Positions 47,331 to 57,649 of a stretch of DNA of 64,000 nucleotides are shown one piece after another (position 1 is the stretch's first letter; each line of letters starts with the position of its first letter). The stretch is from Flavobacteriales bacterium (GTDB taxonomy: Bacteria > Bacteroidota > Bacteroidia > Flavobacteriales_D > Sanyastnellaceae): assembly GCA_031418455.1 (NCBI GenBank), contig JANOXJ010000221.1, positions 5,193 through 69,192 of the forward strand, in the 5' to 3' direction. The notes under the pieces were generated by a model that saw only the letters and a list, made by a program, of their open reading frames with translations, did no database searches and had not been told where the DNA came from. A program made the position numbers and the translations under genes.

Positions 47331-48524
47331 CTAAGAAATGACACCGCTGCCTAACAACTCTTCTCCATCATACCAGGCAGCAAACTGACCGCGTGCAATA
47401 CCCCGTTGCGCCTGTGCAAAAAGAAGGTAAAGCCCCTCTTCTGTCATGGCTAAAGTAGTTTTTGTAAGCGGCTGCCTGTAGCGAATGCGCGTGTCTAGAA
47501 TGCGATGCTCGCCAGGCTTAATGGCCACATCGGGCCTTATCCAGTGTATATCGGCTTTGGGTATAAATAGGCCCCACCTGTTCAATGCAGGGTGCTCTCC
47601 ACCTTCAGCTACATAAACCAAGTTTTCATTGGTATTGGTTTCTACTATAAATAGAGGGTGCACGTGTCCTCCCACGCCAAGGCCTTTGCGCTGGCCTATG
47701 GTAAAGTAGTGCGCTCCTGTATGTCGGCCTGCTTTTTTGCCCATAGCAGGGCTAAATGAATGGGCTGAGCATACTCTTGTAAGTTCTTGCGGGTCAAATG
47801 AACCATTCCATGCTGCACGGGTGAAATGTTCTTCATGGCCTATAATTTCAATTATATCGCCAGGCTTTGGTTGCAACTGCTGTTGCAAAAAAGTGGGTAG
47901 TTTTACTTTGCCAATAAAACAAAGGCCTTGTGAGTCTTTTTTTTCGGCATTGGGCAGGCCTATTTTATTGGCTATTTCCCTCACCTCAGGTTTGGTAATG
48001 CCGCCAATGGGAAAAAGTGCTTTGGCCAGCTGTGCTTGGCTTAGCTGACATAGAAAGTAACTTTGGTCCTTATTGCCATCTACACCGGCCAGGAGTTTAT
48101 AAATGGTTTCGCCTTTCTCGTTTACAATAGTTTCCTTGCGACAATAATGGCCTGTGGCCACAAAATCCGCCTTCAGATTCATGGCTGCATCCAAAAAAAT
48201 GTCGAACTTTACTTCTCTGTTGCACAATACATCGGGATTGGGTGTGCGCCCTGCCTCGTACTCGCGAAACATATAATCCACTATACGGGTTTTGTACTCC
48301 GCACTCATGTCCAATACCTGAAAGGGAATACCCAAACTTTCTGCCACCAGCATAGCATCATTGCTATCATCTATCCAGGGGCATTCATTATTTATAGTCA
48401 CCGACTCATCGTGCCAGTTGCGCATAAATATGCCCACTACCTCGTAGCCCTGCTGTTGCAGCAAATGAGCTGTAACGGCAGAATCCACACCTCCGGAAAG
48501 ACCAACAACTACGCGCTTTGACAT
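47331..48524 (-). CDS. mnmA: tRNA 2-thiouridine(34) synthase MnmA
   Basis: The PP-loop [13 protein letters not shown] is present, with [19 protein letters not shown] and DSQGLCFIG. Confidence 0.95.
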   Translation of the reverse strand: MSKRVVVGLSGGVDSAVTAHLLQQQGYEVVGIFMRNWHDESVTINNECPWIDDSNDAMLVAESLGIPFQVLDMSAEYKTRIVDYMFREYEAGRTPNPDVLCNREVKFDIFLDAAMNLKADFVATGHYCRKETIVNEKGETIYKLLAGVDGNKDQSYFLCQLSQAQLAKALFPIGGITKPEVREIANKIGLPNAEKKDSQGLCFIGKVKLPTFLQQQLQPKPGDIIEIIGHEEHFTRAAWNGSFDPQELTRVCSAHSFSPAMGKKAGRHTGAHYFTIGQRKGLGVGGHVHPLFIVETNTNENLVYVAEGGEHPALNRWGLFIPKADIHWIRPDVAIKPGEHRILDTRIRYRQPLTKTTLAMTEEGLYLLFAQAQRGIARGQFAAWYDGEELLGSGVIS

Positions 48525-48701
48525 GGCGACAAATTTACGCGCTTACATTGTATAATGTAAGATGGAAAGCGGAGCGTATATTTTTCTAGCTTTTGCTATG
48601 TTTTTACCAATATCGGAACTTTGAATCAGGTAAATAGGTATTACGTTGCTATCAATTTATTTTGGTAGTGGCAACCATGTTATTAAATTGCCGTCATAAA
48701 A

Positions 48702-49310
48702 TTGTCCTGCGTGGCCGAAACCAAACATTTACAAGCATTGATTGATGGCTGTCTTAAGGAAGACAGAAAGTCGCAACAAGCGCTTCATAAGATGTTTTAT
48801 GGTAAAATGAAGGCAGTTTGCCTCAGGTATACAAGGGACAATGACCATGCCATGGATGTTGTGCAGGAAGGGTTTGTAAAGGTTTTTACGAATCTTGAAA
48901 AATACACTGGAGTGGGTTCATTTGAGGGTTGGATGAGGCGAATTATGGTAAACCTTTCCATAGATCGTTTCAGAAGGCTAAAGCATGATTTTGTGCTTTT
49001 AGGCGACAACCAAAACTTGGAAGAATGGGAAGATGAAGTGGATGATGATGTGGAAGAAAATGAGATGGATGCCATTTATGACATCACTCCGGAGCAGATA
49101 ATAGATGCTATGCAACAATTATCTCCTGCCTACAGAACCGTTTTTAACTTATATGTGTATGAAAATTATACACACCAGGATATAGCAGAGGCGTTAGGAA
49201 TAAGCGTAGGAACAAGTAAAAGTAACTACGCCAAAGCCCGCAAAAACGTTAAGAAATTATTACTAAAAGACCTTAAAAAGACGAATGAGCAAAACTTTAA
49301 CACCATTTGA
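48702..49310 (+). CDS. ECF (group 4) sigma-70 family RNA polymerase sigma factor
   Basis: Region 2 reads AMDVVQEGFVKVF...FEGWMRRIMVNLSIDRFRR. Region 4 reads LSPAYRTVFNLYVYENYTHQDIAEALGISVGTSKSNYAKARK. An unusually acidic linker joins them (EEWEDEVDDDVEENEMD). The start may be TTG 48702 or GTG 48711. Confidence 0.85.
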   Translation: MSCVAETKHLQALIDGCLKEDRKSQQALHKMFYGKMKAVCLRYTRDNDHAMDVVQEGFVKVFTNLEKYTGVGSFEGWMRRIMVNLSIDRFRRLKHDFVLLGDNQNLEEWEDEVDDDVEENEMDAIYDITPEQIIDAMQQLSPAYRTVFNLYVYENYTHQDIAEALGISVGTSKSNYAKARKNVKKLLLKDLKKTNEQNFNTI

Positions 49311-50589
49311 GAATCACCTCAAAGATGTGATGTCTGGATATGAGGCGAAGTACGATGCCTCTAGTTGGCATGACCTGCAAAAAAGTTTGTCAAAAGGCAC
49401 TTACAACAGTAAGTCATGGGTAGTAGCCCTTTTAGCCACACTTATAGTTACATCAGCCGGTATGGTGGTCATTTATAAAAACCGCAATACTCCAGCTAAA
49501 GCAAGAGTTAGCCAGTCGGTTCCAAGATTTAACGAATTCTACAACGGATTGACAATACCAGTGGCAGGTGATGATGCCCAATTAAGCGCCCAAACTGATG
49601 AGGAATTACCAACTTTAGATGCTAATGACATTGCTTCTAATAATGTTAACTCTGGTACTTATAATTCTAACAGAACCGGCAATAACGCTTCAAATATTGG
49701 CACAGATTCAGATTCGAATAATGGGTCTATGAATAATGTGAATATTGCCTCTCAGAATAACCTGGGCATTCAAAATAATTCATCTGTTGCAACTGACAAT
49801 AGCAATGTGGCTGGTAATAAATCTGCAAGCGTATCATTTAAAACAAACATAAATGAAGCATGTGCCGGTATAGAAGTTGACTTCCAGGTTACTGGCCCAA
49901 ACAAGGGTAGCTACCTATGGAACTTTGGCGATGGACACTACAGCAATGAAGTAAATCCAAAGCATAAGTTTACTAAAGCTGGTAGTTATGATGTATCACT
50001 TTCTATAACAGACGAGCAAGGCCATATTACTGTAAGAACTATGCCTGACATGGTTACTATTCACCCTTCGCCTGATGCCTCATTTGAGTGGGATTTTGTG
50101 AACGAAACTCCAGGTTCTCCTGCTGTAAAAATTATTAATACAAGCGAGCATGCAGTGAGTTACGAATGGAAATTTGGTGATGGTACATCGTCTAACCAAA
50201 TAAGTCCAGTAATGGCTTTTGAAGATAAAGGTAAACATACAGTAGCGCTAGAGGTTACCAATGAATATGGCTGCACTGATGGCACTGTAAAACAGATATC
50301 TGTTAATGCGGACTACAATCTTGGTGCTCAAAATGGAATAGTAGCAGGTAAAGAAACTTTTATGCCTGCCTATCTAAAGCAGAATAAGTCAACCTTCGTA
50401 ATGGAAATTTTCAATGCAGAAGGTAAAAAAGTGTATGAAACAAATAATCGCAACAAAGGCTGGGATGGCATATTGGCTGATGGTAACAAGGCCAAGGTAG
50501 GTGACAACTATCAATGGAAAGTGATAGTTACTTCAGAAATAACCCAGGATGAAAAATATTTTAACGGCACGCTAACGATCAATCCTTAA
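49285..50589 (+). CDS. Membrane-anchored anti-sigma-like protein with two PKD domains and a degenerate type B T9SS C-terminal domain
   Basis: It overlaps the sigma gene by 26 nt. It has an N-terminal FENHLKDVMSGYEAKYDASSWHDLQKSL segment, a TM helix (WVVALLATLIVTSAGMVVIY) and an Asn/Ser-rich linker. Two PKD units follow (YLWNFGDGHYSNEVNPKHKFTKAGSYDVSL, YEWKFGDGTSSNQISPVMAFEDKGKHTVAL). The tail IFNAEGKKVYETNNRNKGWDG...YQWKVIV aligns with the type B domains downstream. Confidence 0.75.
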   Translation: MSKTLTPFENHLKDVMSGYEAKYDASSWHDLQKSLSKGTYNSKSWVVALLATLIVTSAGMVVIYKNRNTPAKARVSQSVPRFNEFYNGLTIPVAGDDAQLSAQTDEELPTLDANDIASNNVNSGTYNSNRTGNNASNIGTDSDSNNGSMNNVNIASQNNLGIQNNSSVATDNSNVAGNKSASVSFKTNINEACAGIEVDFQVTGPNKGSYLWNFGDGHYSNEVNPKHKFTKAGSYDVSLSITDEQGHITVRTMPDMVTIHPSPDASFEWDFVNETPGSPAVKIINTSEHAVSYEWKFGDGTSSNQISPVMAFEDKGKHTVALEVTNEYGCTDGTVKQISVNADYNLGAQNGIVAGKETFMPAYLKQNKSTFVMEIFNAEGKKVYETNNRNKGWDGILADGNKAKVGDNYQWKVIVTSEITQDEKYFNGTLTINP

Positions 50590-50621
50590 CTAAAACAAAC
50601 ATTAATACTGATGTGTTTGTA

Positions 50622-50657
50622 AGACCCGAAGACTAAACCACTTCGGGTTTTTTTTGT
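50622..50657 (+). terminator. Rho-independent terminator after the sigma / anti-sigma-like pair
   Basis: ACCCGAAG (50624-50631) pairs with CTTCGGGT (50641-50648) and is followed by T8. Confidence 0.85.
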
Positions 50658-50665
50658 CCTTTACT

Positions 50666-50728
50666 TTAACCCACATTATGCAATAGAAAGCTCGGAACGA
50701 CCAGAACTATTTGCATTATGTGGGTTAA
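50666..50728. promoter_or_regulatory. 18-bp (17/18) inverted repeat with 27-nt spacer
   Basis: TTAACCCACATTATGCAA (50666-50683) and TTGCATTATGTGGGTTAA (50711-50728). Confidence 0.4.
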
Positions 50729-50796
50729 TCCCGATTTAGAAAATCACCAGTTTGGTGCAAAGAAATAAAGCCAAAATGGTTGATTTTGTTAATCGT

Positions 50797-50825
50797 TTAT
50801 GCAATTGAAATTTTCAATTGCATAA
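50797..50825. promoter_or_regulatory. 29-nt near-perfect palindrome (candidate operator) 67 nt upstream of the first giant type B cargo gene
   Basis: TTATGCAATTGAAA-T-TTTCAATTGCATAA. It shares the TTATGCAA/TTGCATAA core with the repeat at 50666-50728. Confidence 0.45.
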
Positions 50826-50891
50826 TCTGGGTTTAAGGTTTTTAAAAGTCGCATCCAACTTATTGGTATATTTTTGCGACTAACTAACGGA

Positions 50892-53800
50892 ATGTGTTTT
50901 TGTTTTCTTTTTTTAAACTTGAGACTATACATACGCCTCATACTAACGATTGTACTCGCTTTGGTTTTAACTGAAACCAAGGCGCAGTTCAATAATACTG
51001 CCACTAGCGGGCCATGCCAGTGCGATGGCTCTTTTGTATTTAACAACCCCACAGCAGGCAATGCCACCTATACACTTACTGATGAGGCAGGCAATATGCT
51101 GGACCAGCAAACCAATGCAACAGGCACCTTCACAGCTACAGGACTTTGTGCATCTGTATATCTATTAGAGGTAAATACCAATGGCAATTCACAAGCCTTT
51201 GTAACCAATATAAGTGCCGGTGCATTTGACCCTGGAGCGGCATCTGTGCATGGTGTATGCACCACCGATGGTACCAATTCTCTTAGCTCCTTTCTAACCG
51301 CGCCTCAGGCTGGTGGCGTATGGACCAATCCTGCTGGCAATGTGGTTTCTAATAGCATTAATCCGGCCAATGCCATGCCTGGTTTGTATGTATATACAAC
51401 ACAAAGCGGGGGGTGCGATGTGGCTACGGGAGTGTATATCTATATTATTCAAAATGCGAGTCCAGGCCTTTCTACTACTTACGATATATGCGACTGGTAC
51501 CAACCTTTTCAGCTACTTACATTTATGGCGGGCAGCCCGGATCCTAATGGCGTTTGGTTTGACATAGCTGGCAACCCTATGGACGGCTGGTATTATCCGG
51601 CTACTATGGATAGCGCCAGTTTTGTGTACATGATAGATACTGTGCCCGGCTGTGGGCCCGTTTTTTCTGTAATGACAGTAGACGAAAATTTGACCCCTGA
51701 CCCAGGACTTGATGCCAGCGTAACAGTATGCGCAAATGGTAGCGCTTTTATTATGACGAGTTATCTGGGAGGATCTCCTGATTTGAACGGACAATGGTTC
51801 AATAGCTCTAATCAACCTGTTCCTACCATTTTTAACCCAGCTTCAATGCCTGAGGGTGTTTATCGGTACCATTTAGATGGCGAACAGCCTTGTGTGGATC
51901 AAAATGCATATCTCACTATAGATTTTATTAGCGGCAATCCATCGGGCGAAGATGCCAGTTATACCGTTTGTTCTAATGGGGGCAACATAAATATGCTTGT
52001 AGCTCTCAATGGCAATCCTGTGGCGGGTGGCACCTGGACCAATCCATTGGGAGTGGTAACTGATAATTTATTTAATCCGCAAACCGAACCTGCGGGAGTG
52101 TACTCCTATTATTACCCCAATGTAGGCTGCAATCCATCTAATGCAGAACTGACCATACTGGTTGAAACTTTGCCAAACGCAGGACCGAATAATTCGGCTA
52201 CCATTTGCGAAACAGTGGCACAGTTTAACCTGAGTGCATTGCTTGGTGCAAATACGAGTAGCGGTGGTGTATGGACTGATATTATTGGAAACGCTATTAA
52301 TCCAGTTTTGAGTAATCCTGCCTTGGGCAGTCAAAGCTATACGTACACTGTAGAGGGCAATGTATGCCCTGACGACCAATCTGTAATGCAATTGGTGGTG
52401 GAGTCGCAAACCGTAGCACCGGGCAATGTAGACTTTACCATTTGCAGTGAGGATGCACCTGTAGATCTAAATAATTTATACAGCATTACAGGGCTTGAAT
52501 ATTACAATCAGCAGGGCTTGCCAATAACCAATATTTTTAATCCGGCCAATACAAGCTCCAGTATTATTGAAGTGGTAAATGAGAGTCAAAATGTTTGTCC
52601 TGATGGTAGTTCAGATATTACTATTACGGTGGAGCAGCCAGCCTTTGCCAATGCCGCAGATACGCTTGAGATTTGCAACTCTGCAATAACGTATGACCTA
52701 AACACCAGCAATGCGGCTATAAATTTTGCCAATGGCACTTGGACTGATGAACTGTTTAATACAGTTTCAAACGTGGTTACTTTAAATTTTACGGGTTATA
52801 GGACTTTTATTTTTACTACTAATAGTGCCCAGTTGTGCAGCGAAAGTGTATGGACATTTACGCTAAATGCCTACCAGCCTAACGAAGCAGGTGCAGGGGC
52901 AGATTATGTATTCTGCACTACTGATAGTTCTATACCACTTGCCACATTGCTCCCTTCGTCAGCCTCGGGCGCTGGCACATGGATATACAATGGTGCTCCA
53001 TTTGCACCAACCAGTTTTGATCCGCAACAAAATACCGGTGGTACTTATTACTATACCATTGCTGCCAATGGGCCTTGCCCTGCCGATGCAGCAGAGGTGA
53101 ACATAGTGGTGCAAAATGGAATTGTATACACTGCGGGAGATGACCTTACAGCCTGCTCAGGTTTGGGTGACATTGCCATAGGACAAGACAATCCTGCTAA
53201 CTGTTCTTATATATGGTCGCCTCCGCAAGACTTGAACAATGCGAATGTTTCCAATCCGGTTTTAACCATTAACAACCTTAACAATGTGCCCGTGACTTAT
53301 GAGTACAGTGTAACAGTGAATGATGGAATTTGCACAGTGTATGACACCGTATTAGTAACATTAAATCCAAATCCAACTCCGTTGCTAAATCCTGTATATG
53401 AGCTGTGCGCTTCAGAATTTGTAACGCTGGATGCAGGCATTGTAGGCAATTTTACATGGTATCCGCAAAATTATTTTCCGCAGCAAAACCAAAGCACACA
53501 AACTATTTCGCCAGATGTGGATGTGGACATAATTGTGAATGCATCGAACCAATGGGGATGCAATGGTGCAGATACAGCTATGGTAATGGTGCATCCTATG
53601 CCTGCAGCAGTGCCGTTGGTAGAGAGCATAGCAGCATGCCCACCGGTAATTATTGAAGGTGCATTGGATGCAAGCAGCGCGCAATGCGACAATGTTATAT
53701 GGAATTTTATTGGGGTAGGTGAGTTTGAGGGCAATACATTTCAAACCATACTCTACGATAGCGGTAGTTATAACATTGAGTTATTGGTTTCATCTGATTT

Positions 53801-54389
53801 TGGATGTAGCCAAAATTATTTTTTGAATGCTGACATAGTAGTGTTTCCAGCTCCTGTGGCGCATTTTAGCTGGTCGCCTTATGAGCTCACTTCTTTAGAT
53901 CCCATAGCCACATTTGAAAATAACTCGTTAGGTGGCACTCAGTTCTACTGGGATTTTGCATCCCTTGGAAACTCTGTGGAAATGCAGCCAGTGTTTGAGT
54001 TTCCTAACGAGGAACCTGCCAACTTTGAGGTGTGTTTGATGGCAACCAATGAGTATGGCTGCTTTGATACCACTTGCAAATTTATCCACCTTGATAATGA
54101 GTATGTGTTTTATGCACCCAACGCTTTTACACCTGACAATGATGGTATTAACGACTATTTTTTGCCATACATGCTAGGCTTGGATGAAACCACTTACCAT
54201 ATACAAATTTTTGACAGATGGGGTGATGTAGTATTTGAAACCAACGATGCAAGACAGCCCTGGACAGGTAATGTAAGAGGAGGTAGCTACTACGCAGCGG
54301 AAGATGTGTATGCCTGGCGTGTGAGTGTAAAGGACAAAGAAATGGCTGACTATAAAATATTAAAAGGCCATGTGACGCTAATTAGGTAA
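50892..54389 (+). CDS. Giant cell-surface protein with type B (gliding-motility-associated) T9SS C-terminal domain
   Basis: I preferred the ATG at 50892 (MCFCFLFLNLRLYIRLILTIVLALVLTETKAQ) to TTG 50874. At least seven modules of about 75 aa follow the pattern G[GV]WT-x-P-x-G...FNP...G-x-Y-x-Y...C. PKD-like units follow, then the C-terminus YAPNAFTPDNDGINDYF...IFDRWGDVVFE...PWTG...DVYAWRV. Confidence 0.85.
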   Translation: MCFCFLFLNLRLYIRLILTIVLALVLTETKAQFNNTATSGPCQCDGSFVFNNPTAGNATYTLTDEAGNMLDQQTNATGTFTATGLCASVYLLEVNTNGNSQAFVTNISAGAFDPGAASVHGVCTTDGTNSLSSFLTAPQAGGVWTNPAGNVVSNSINPANAMPGLYVYTTQSGGCDVATGVYIYIIQNASPGLSTTYDICDWYQPFQLLTFMAGSPDPNGVWFDIAGNPMDGWYYPATMDSASFVYMIDTVPGCGPVFSVMTVDENLTPDPGLDASVTVCANGSAFIMTSYLGGSPDLNGQWFNSSNQPVPTIFNPASMPEGVYRYHLDGEQPCVDQNAYLTIDFISGNPSGEDASYTVCSNGGNINMLVALNGNPVAGGTWTNPLGVVTDNLFNPQTEPAGVYSYYYPNVGCNPSNAELTILVETLPNAGPNNSATICETVAQFNLSALLGANTSSGGVWTDIIGNAINPVLSNPALGSQSYTYTVEGNVCPDDQSVMQLVVESQTVAPGNVDFTICSEDAPVDLNNLYSITGLEYYNQQGLPITNIFNPANTSSSIIEVVNESQNVCPDGSSDITITVEQPAFANAADTLEICNSAITYDLNTSNAAINFANGTWTDELFNTVSNVVTLNFTGYRTFIFTTNSAQLCSESVWTFTLNAYQPNEAGAGADYVFCTTDSSIPLATLLPSSASGAGTWIYNGAPFAPTSFDPQQNTGGTYYYTIAANGPCPADAAEVNIVVQNGIVYTAGDDLTACSGLGDIAIGQDNPANCSYIWSPPQDLNNANVSNPVLTINNLNNVPVTYEYSVTVNDGICTVYDTVLVTLNPNPTPLLNPVYELCASEFVTLDAGIVGNFTWYPQNYFPQQNQSTQTISPDVDVDIIVNASNQWGCNGADTAMVMVHPMPAAVPLVESIAACPPVIIEGALDASSAQCDNVIWNFIGVGEFEGNTFQTILYDSGSYNIELLVSSDFGCSQNYFLNADIVVFPAPVAHFSWSPYELTSLDPIATFENNSLGGTQFYWDFASLGNSVEMQPVFEFPNEEPANFEVCLMATNEYGCFDTTCKFIHLDNEYVFYAPNAFTPDNDGINDYFLPYMLGLDETTYHIQIFDRWGDVVFETNDARQPWTGNVRGGSYYAAEDVYAWRVSVKDKEMADYKILKGHVTLIR

Positions 54390-54549
54390 AGAATAATGTT
54401 TTGAAGGAATGAATATGAGTGCATACTCTGCCTTGCTCTCCAATATTAAGAATCAATTATTAGCACATATTGCCAAGGAACAAGCAACTAAATAGGTATT
54501 TGATTAGTTTTATTTGCAGCCGCAAGGCGATTAATTTAGGAAATAACCC

Positions 54550-57486
54550 ATGAGCATTTTTTTTCGTAAGATGTTCTATTCTTTTTTGAAAACGATAATC
54601 CATTCATATAAAACACGTTGGAGTTTAACTGTACTCTTTATGCTAGGCATTTGGAGCCAAAAAACGTATGCGCAGGAAAACCCCATAAATGGCGCTGACG
54701 TTAGCGAGTGCAGTGGCTTTCTTGTTGACTCGGGCTTAAGTGCAGCCGATTATGGCAACAATGAAAATGAAACCATAACCATTTGTGCTGTGGCGCCTGA
54801 AACGATAGTAAACCTTTATTGGAACATTTGTGACCTTGGCAATGGCGACATTATTACTATATATGATGGAAACACCACTGGTGCACCTCTTATAGGGAGT
54901 TATACTACCAATATGTTGCAGTCGCAAGATATTACGAGTACCAATGCTACTGGTTGTCTTACCGTAGTTTTTACTTCAGACGGCAGCGATGTGGGGAATT
55001 TTGGAGCTGAAATTTCTTGCGGCCTTCCTTGCGAGCACCCACAGTCTGTTATAACTAGCGACCAAGAGCCCATGCCACTGCTTATATGCCCTGGCGAGGA
55101 AGTTACTTTTAACGGAAGCTCAAGTGTTTTTTTCAATGGCACTGCGGTGCAAAGCTTTACATGGGTGTTTGACGATGGTGCTACCAATACCACCTCGTGG
55201 CCAAGTGTTAGCCACGTGTTTACCGAGCCTGGTGGCTACAAAGTGCAGCTACAACTTACTGATAACAACAACTGTGACAACAATAATGTAAACGATTACA
55301 TAGTACTTGTTAGCACACCCCCAAATTTTGATTTAATTTCAGACATCACTGATTTATGTTTGGGTGGCGAAGCATTTTTAGGCATTACCAACATAGCTCA
55401 GGATACATTGTTTGCGGGCGATAGCCTTAGCAATTGGATAAGCGAACCATGGTCTGACATTCCAAATGCCGACCTGGGTGGCGATTTTTGTATAGAAGAT
55501 GGAACAGGTTCTTGCTTTAACAATGCCATTCCTGTGAATGCATTTGGCTTTGGTGAAATTGTGGATCAAGTGAGTGATATTGATAATTTCTTTATCAATT
55601 TTGAGCACAGCTTTATGGGCGACCTTACCATTACATTCATTTGCCCAAATGGCCAGTCTATAAATGTGCACCAGCAGGGTGGTGGAGGTACTTATTTGGG
55701 TGTGCCTATTGACGACTTTGGCGGCCCTTGCCCCGTGCCTGAAGGCGTGGGGTGGGACTATTGGTGGGCGCCTGATGCTACCAATGGAACATGGGCTGCA
55801 GAAAGTGCTACCTCTGGCGGAACCCTGCCTAGCGATACATACCAAAGCGTGCAACCATGGACAAACCTGCTTGGCTGCCCACTCAATGGTACGTGGGAGA
55901 TAGAAATTTGCGACCTCTGGGGAGCTGATGATGGCAACATTTTTACTTGGAACGTAAACTTTAACCCTAGCCTGTATGGCGACTTGCTAACCTTTGCCCC
56001 TGTATATGGACCAGATTGTGATAGCACCTATTGGGCAGGCCCCAACATTGTGACAGAAGTAGCAGGCTGCGACTACATATATGTGGCCATGGACACTCCC
56101 GGTATTTTTGAATATACCTACTACGCTACCAACAATTTTGGGTGCACTTATGACACTACTATAACTATAGAAGTAGATGTAGCGCCCACAGTAACTGCTG
56201 GCAACGATATAACCATAGACTGTACCTTGCCCAATCAGCAATTGGCTGGCGGATTTACTGCACCTGTGCCACCGGGCACATCCTTTGTGTGGCAGTGGAG
56301 CCCCGCTGCTGGCCTTGCCAATCCTACCTGGCAATACACCAATTTTAATGGAATAAATAGCACTACCACTTATACACTAACAGGCTATCCAACGGGGCAA
56401 CCTGGGTGTTTTAGTACTGATGAGGTTACGGTATTTGTAAACTCCAGTATGAGCATAGATGTGGAGGAGTTTTATAATGCATGCAGGGGCGATACCGTGC
56501 ATGTGCTTGCGCCCACTGTTCAAGGCGGTACTCCACCCTTTACTATATATTGGGAAAGCGATGCTGGACAAATAATACAAGATGATGCATTTAATTTAAC
56601 TGTAACAGAACCAATGGAGTATTGTGTCATAGTAGCTGATTTATGTTTAGGCAAAGACACTGCATGTACTTCCATCACTGCATTTCCAACAGTGCCAGCT
56701 ACTTTTCATATTCAAGATCCGCATGGCTGCGAGCCTCACCAGGCCCTGTTTACATTGGATTATCTGCAGTATCAGGACATAGAATCTATGACTTGGTTTT
56801 TTGATGATGGCAATGATGCAGCCACATTAGCATCTGCTAACCATGAATATCACAGCCCCGGCAACTACTATCCGTGGTGCCAGATTGTAGATGTGAACGG
56901 ATGCATAACTGCTGACACTGCTGCTTCACCAGTAATAATTTGGCCAACACCATACGCCAGTTTTGTGGTAGATCCGCCATACACTATACTTCCAAATACA
57001 ACTTTTGATTTTAATAACGAGACCATTAATGGAGCTCAGTATTACTGGAATATAGCTGGGTTGGGTGAGGCATCATCTACCGATACTTCCTTTACTTTTC
57101 CTGCGGAAACTGCAGGGTTTTATGATGTGTGGCTTTATGCTTTTAATCAATATGGCTGCATAGACAGCACCTACCGACAAGCCATAGTGGAAGATGCTAT
57201 AGATGTATACATACCCAATGCTTTTACGCCTGACAATGATGGAATAAATGATGTGTGGCAAATACAAGGCAAGGGCTTTCAAGGCGAAGGATTTAGTGCT
57301 GAAATATTCAACCGATGGGGCGAGTTAGTATACCAAAGCAATGACCCTACCGGAGCATGGACAGGCAATTATCGCAATGGCAATAATTATGTGCCAGATG
57401 GAGTATATTCCTATAAAGTAGTAGTACGCGATATCCAAAATGATATTAATCATAAGTATTGGGGCAGCATAGTTATAGTGCGATAG
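54550..57486 (+). CDS. CUB-like + PKD + proprotein-convertase P-domain protein with type B T9SS C-terminal domain
   Basis: The CUB-like module reads GFLVDSGLSAADYGNNENETITICA...ITIYDGNTTGAPLIGSYT...GCLTVVFTSDGSDVGNFGAEISC. A PKD unit has FTWVFDDGATN...GGYKVQL. The P-domain block is FFINFEHSFMGDLTITFICPNGQSINV. The C-terminus reads IPNAFTPDNDGINDVW...IFNRWGELVYQ...AWTG...GVYSYKV. Confidence 0.85.
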   Translation: MSIFFRKMFYSFLKTIIHSYKTRWSLTVLFMLGIWSQKTYAQENPINGADVSECSGFLVDSGLSAADYGNNENETITICAVAPETIVNLYWNICDLGNGDIITIYDGNTTGAPLIGSYTTNMLQSQDITSTNATGCLTVVFTSDGSDVGNFGAEISCGLPCEHPQSVITSDQEPMPLLICPGEEVTFNGSSSVFFNGTAVQSFTWVFDDGATNTTSWPSVSHVFTEPGGYKVQLQLTDNNNCDNNNVNDYIVLVSTPPNFDLISDITDLCLGGEAFLGITNIAQDTLFAGDSLSNWISEPWSDIPNADLGGDFCIEDGTGSCFNNAIPVNAFGFGEIVDQVSDIDNFFINFEHSFMGDLTITFICPNGQSINVHQQGGGGTYLGVPIDDFGGPCPVPEGVGWDYWWAPDATNGTWAAESATSGGTLPSDTYQSVQPWTNLLGCPLNGTWEIEICDLWGADDGNIFTWNVNFNPSLYGDLLTFAPVYGPDCDSTYWAGPNIVTEVAGCDYIYVAMDTPGIFEYTYYATNNFGCTYDTTITIEVDVAPTVTAGNDITIDCTLPNQQLAGGFTAPVPPGTSFVWQWSPAAGLANPTWQYTNFNGINSTTTYTLTGYPTGQPGCFSTDEVTVFVNSSMSIDVEEFYNACRGDTVHVLAPTVQGGTPPFTIYWESDAGQIIQDDAFNLTVTEPMEYCVIVADLCLGKDTACTSITAFPTVPATFHIQDPHGCEPHQALFTLDYLQYQDIESMTWFFDDGNDAATLASANHEYHSPGNYYPWCQIVDVNGCITADTAASPVIIWPTPYASFVVDPPYTILPNTTFDFNNETINGAQYYWNIAGLGEASSTDTSFTFPAETAGFYDVWLYAFNQYGCIDSTYRQAIVEDAIDVYIPNAFTPDNDGINDVWQIQGKGFQGEGFSAEIFNRWGELVYQSNDPTGAWTGNYRNGNNYVPDGVYSYKVVVRDIQNDINHKYWGSIVIVR

Positions 57487-57649
57487 AATATTTTTTTTGT
57501 CTACCGTGCAATGCATTGCCACTCAGCAAGCATTTATTATTACAATCCAACAGTGTACTAATTTTCTTAGCTGCATAGCGTTTCAATGGTGCAACCTTTA
57601 TACCTTAGCAGAGTCACATATTTAGTCTAGGACTAATTAACGGAATTGC

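Noticed and set aside
50666-50728. Whether the 18-bp inverted repeats flank a Bacteroides-style invertible promoter.
   Set aside because: The segment between the arms is only 27 nt, far too short to carry a promoter. No site-specific recombinase gene is nearby. I kept it as a candidate operator or RNA structure instead.
50789-51067. A 92-aa minus-strand ORF overlapping the palindrome and the 5-prime end of the first giant cargo gene.
   Set aside because: It overlaps the signal-peptide region of a well-supported gene on the opposite strand and has no motifs.
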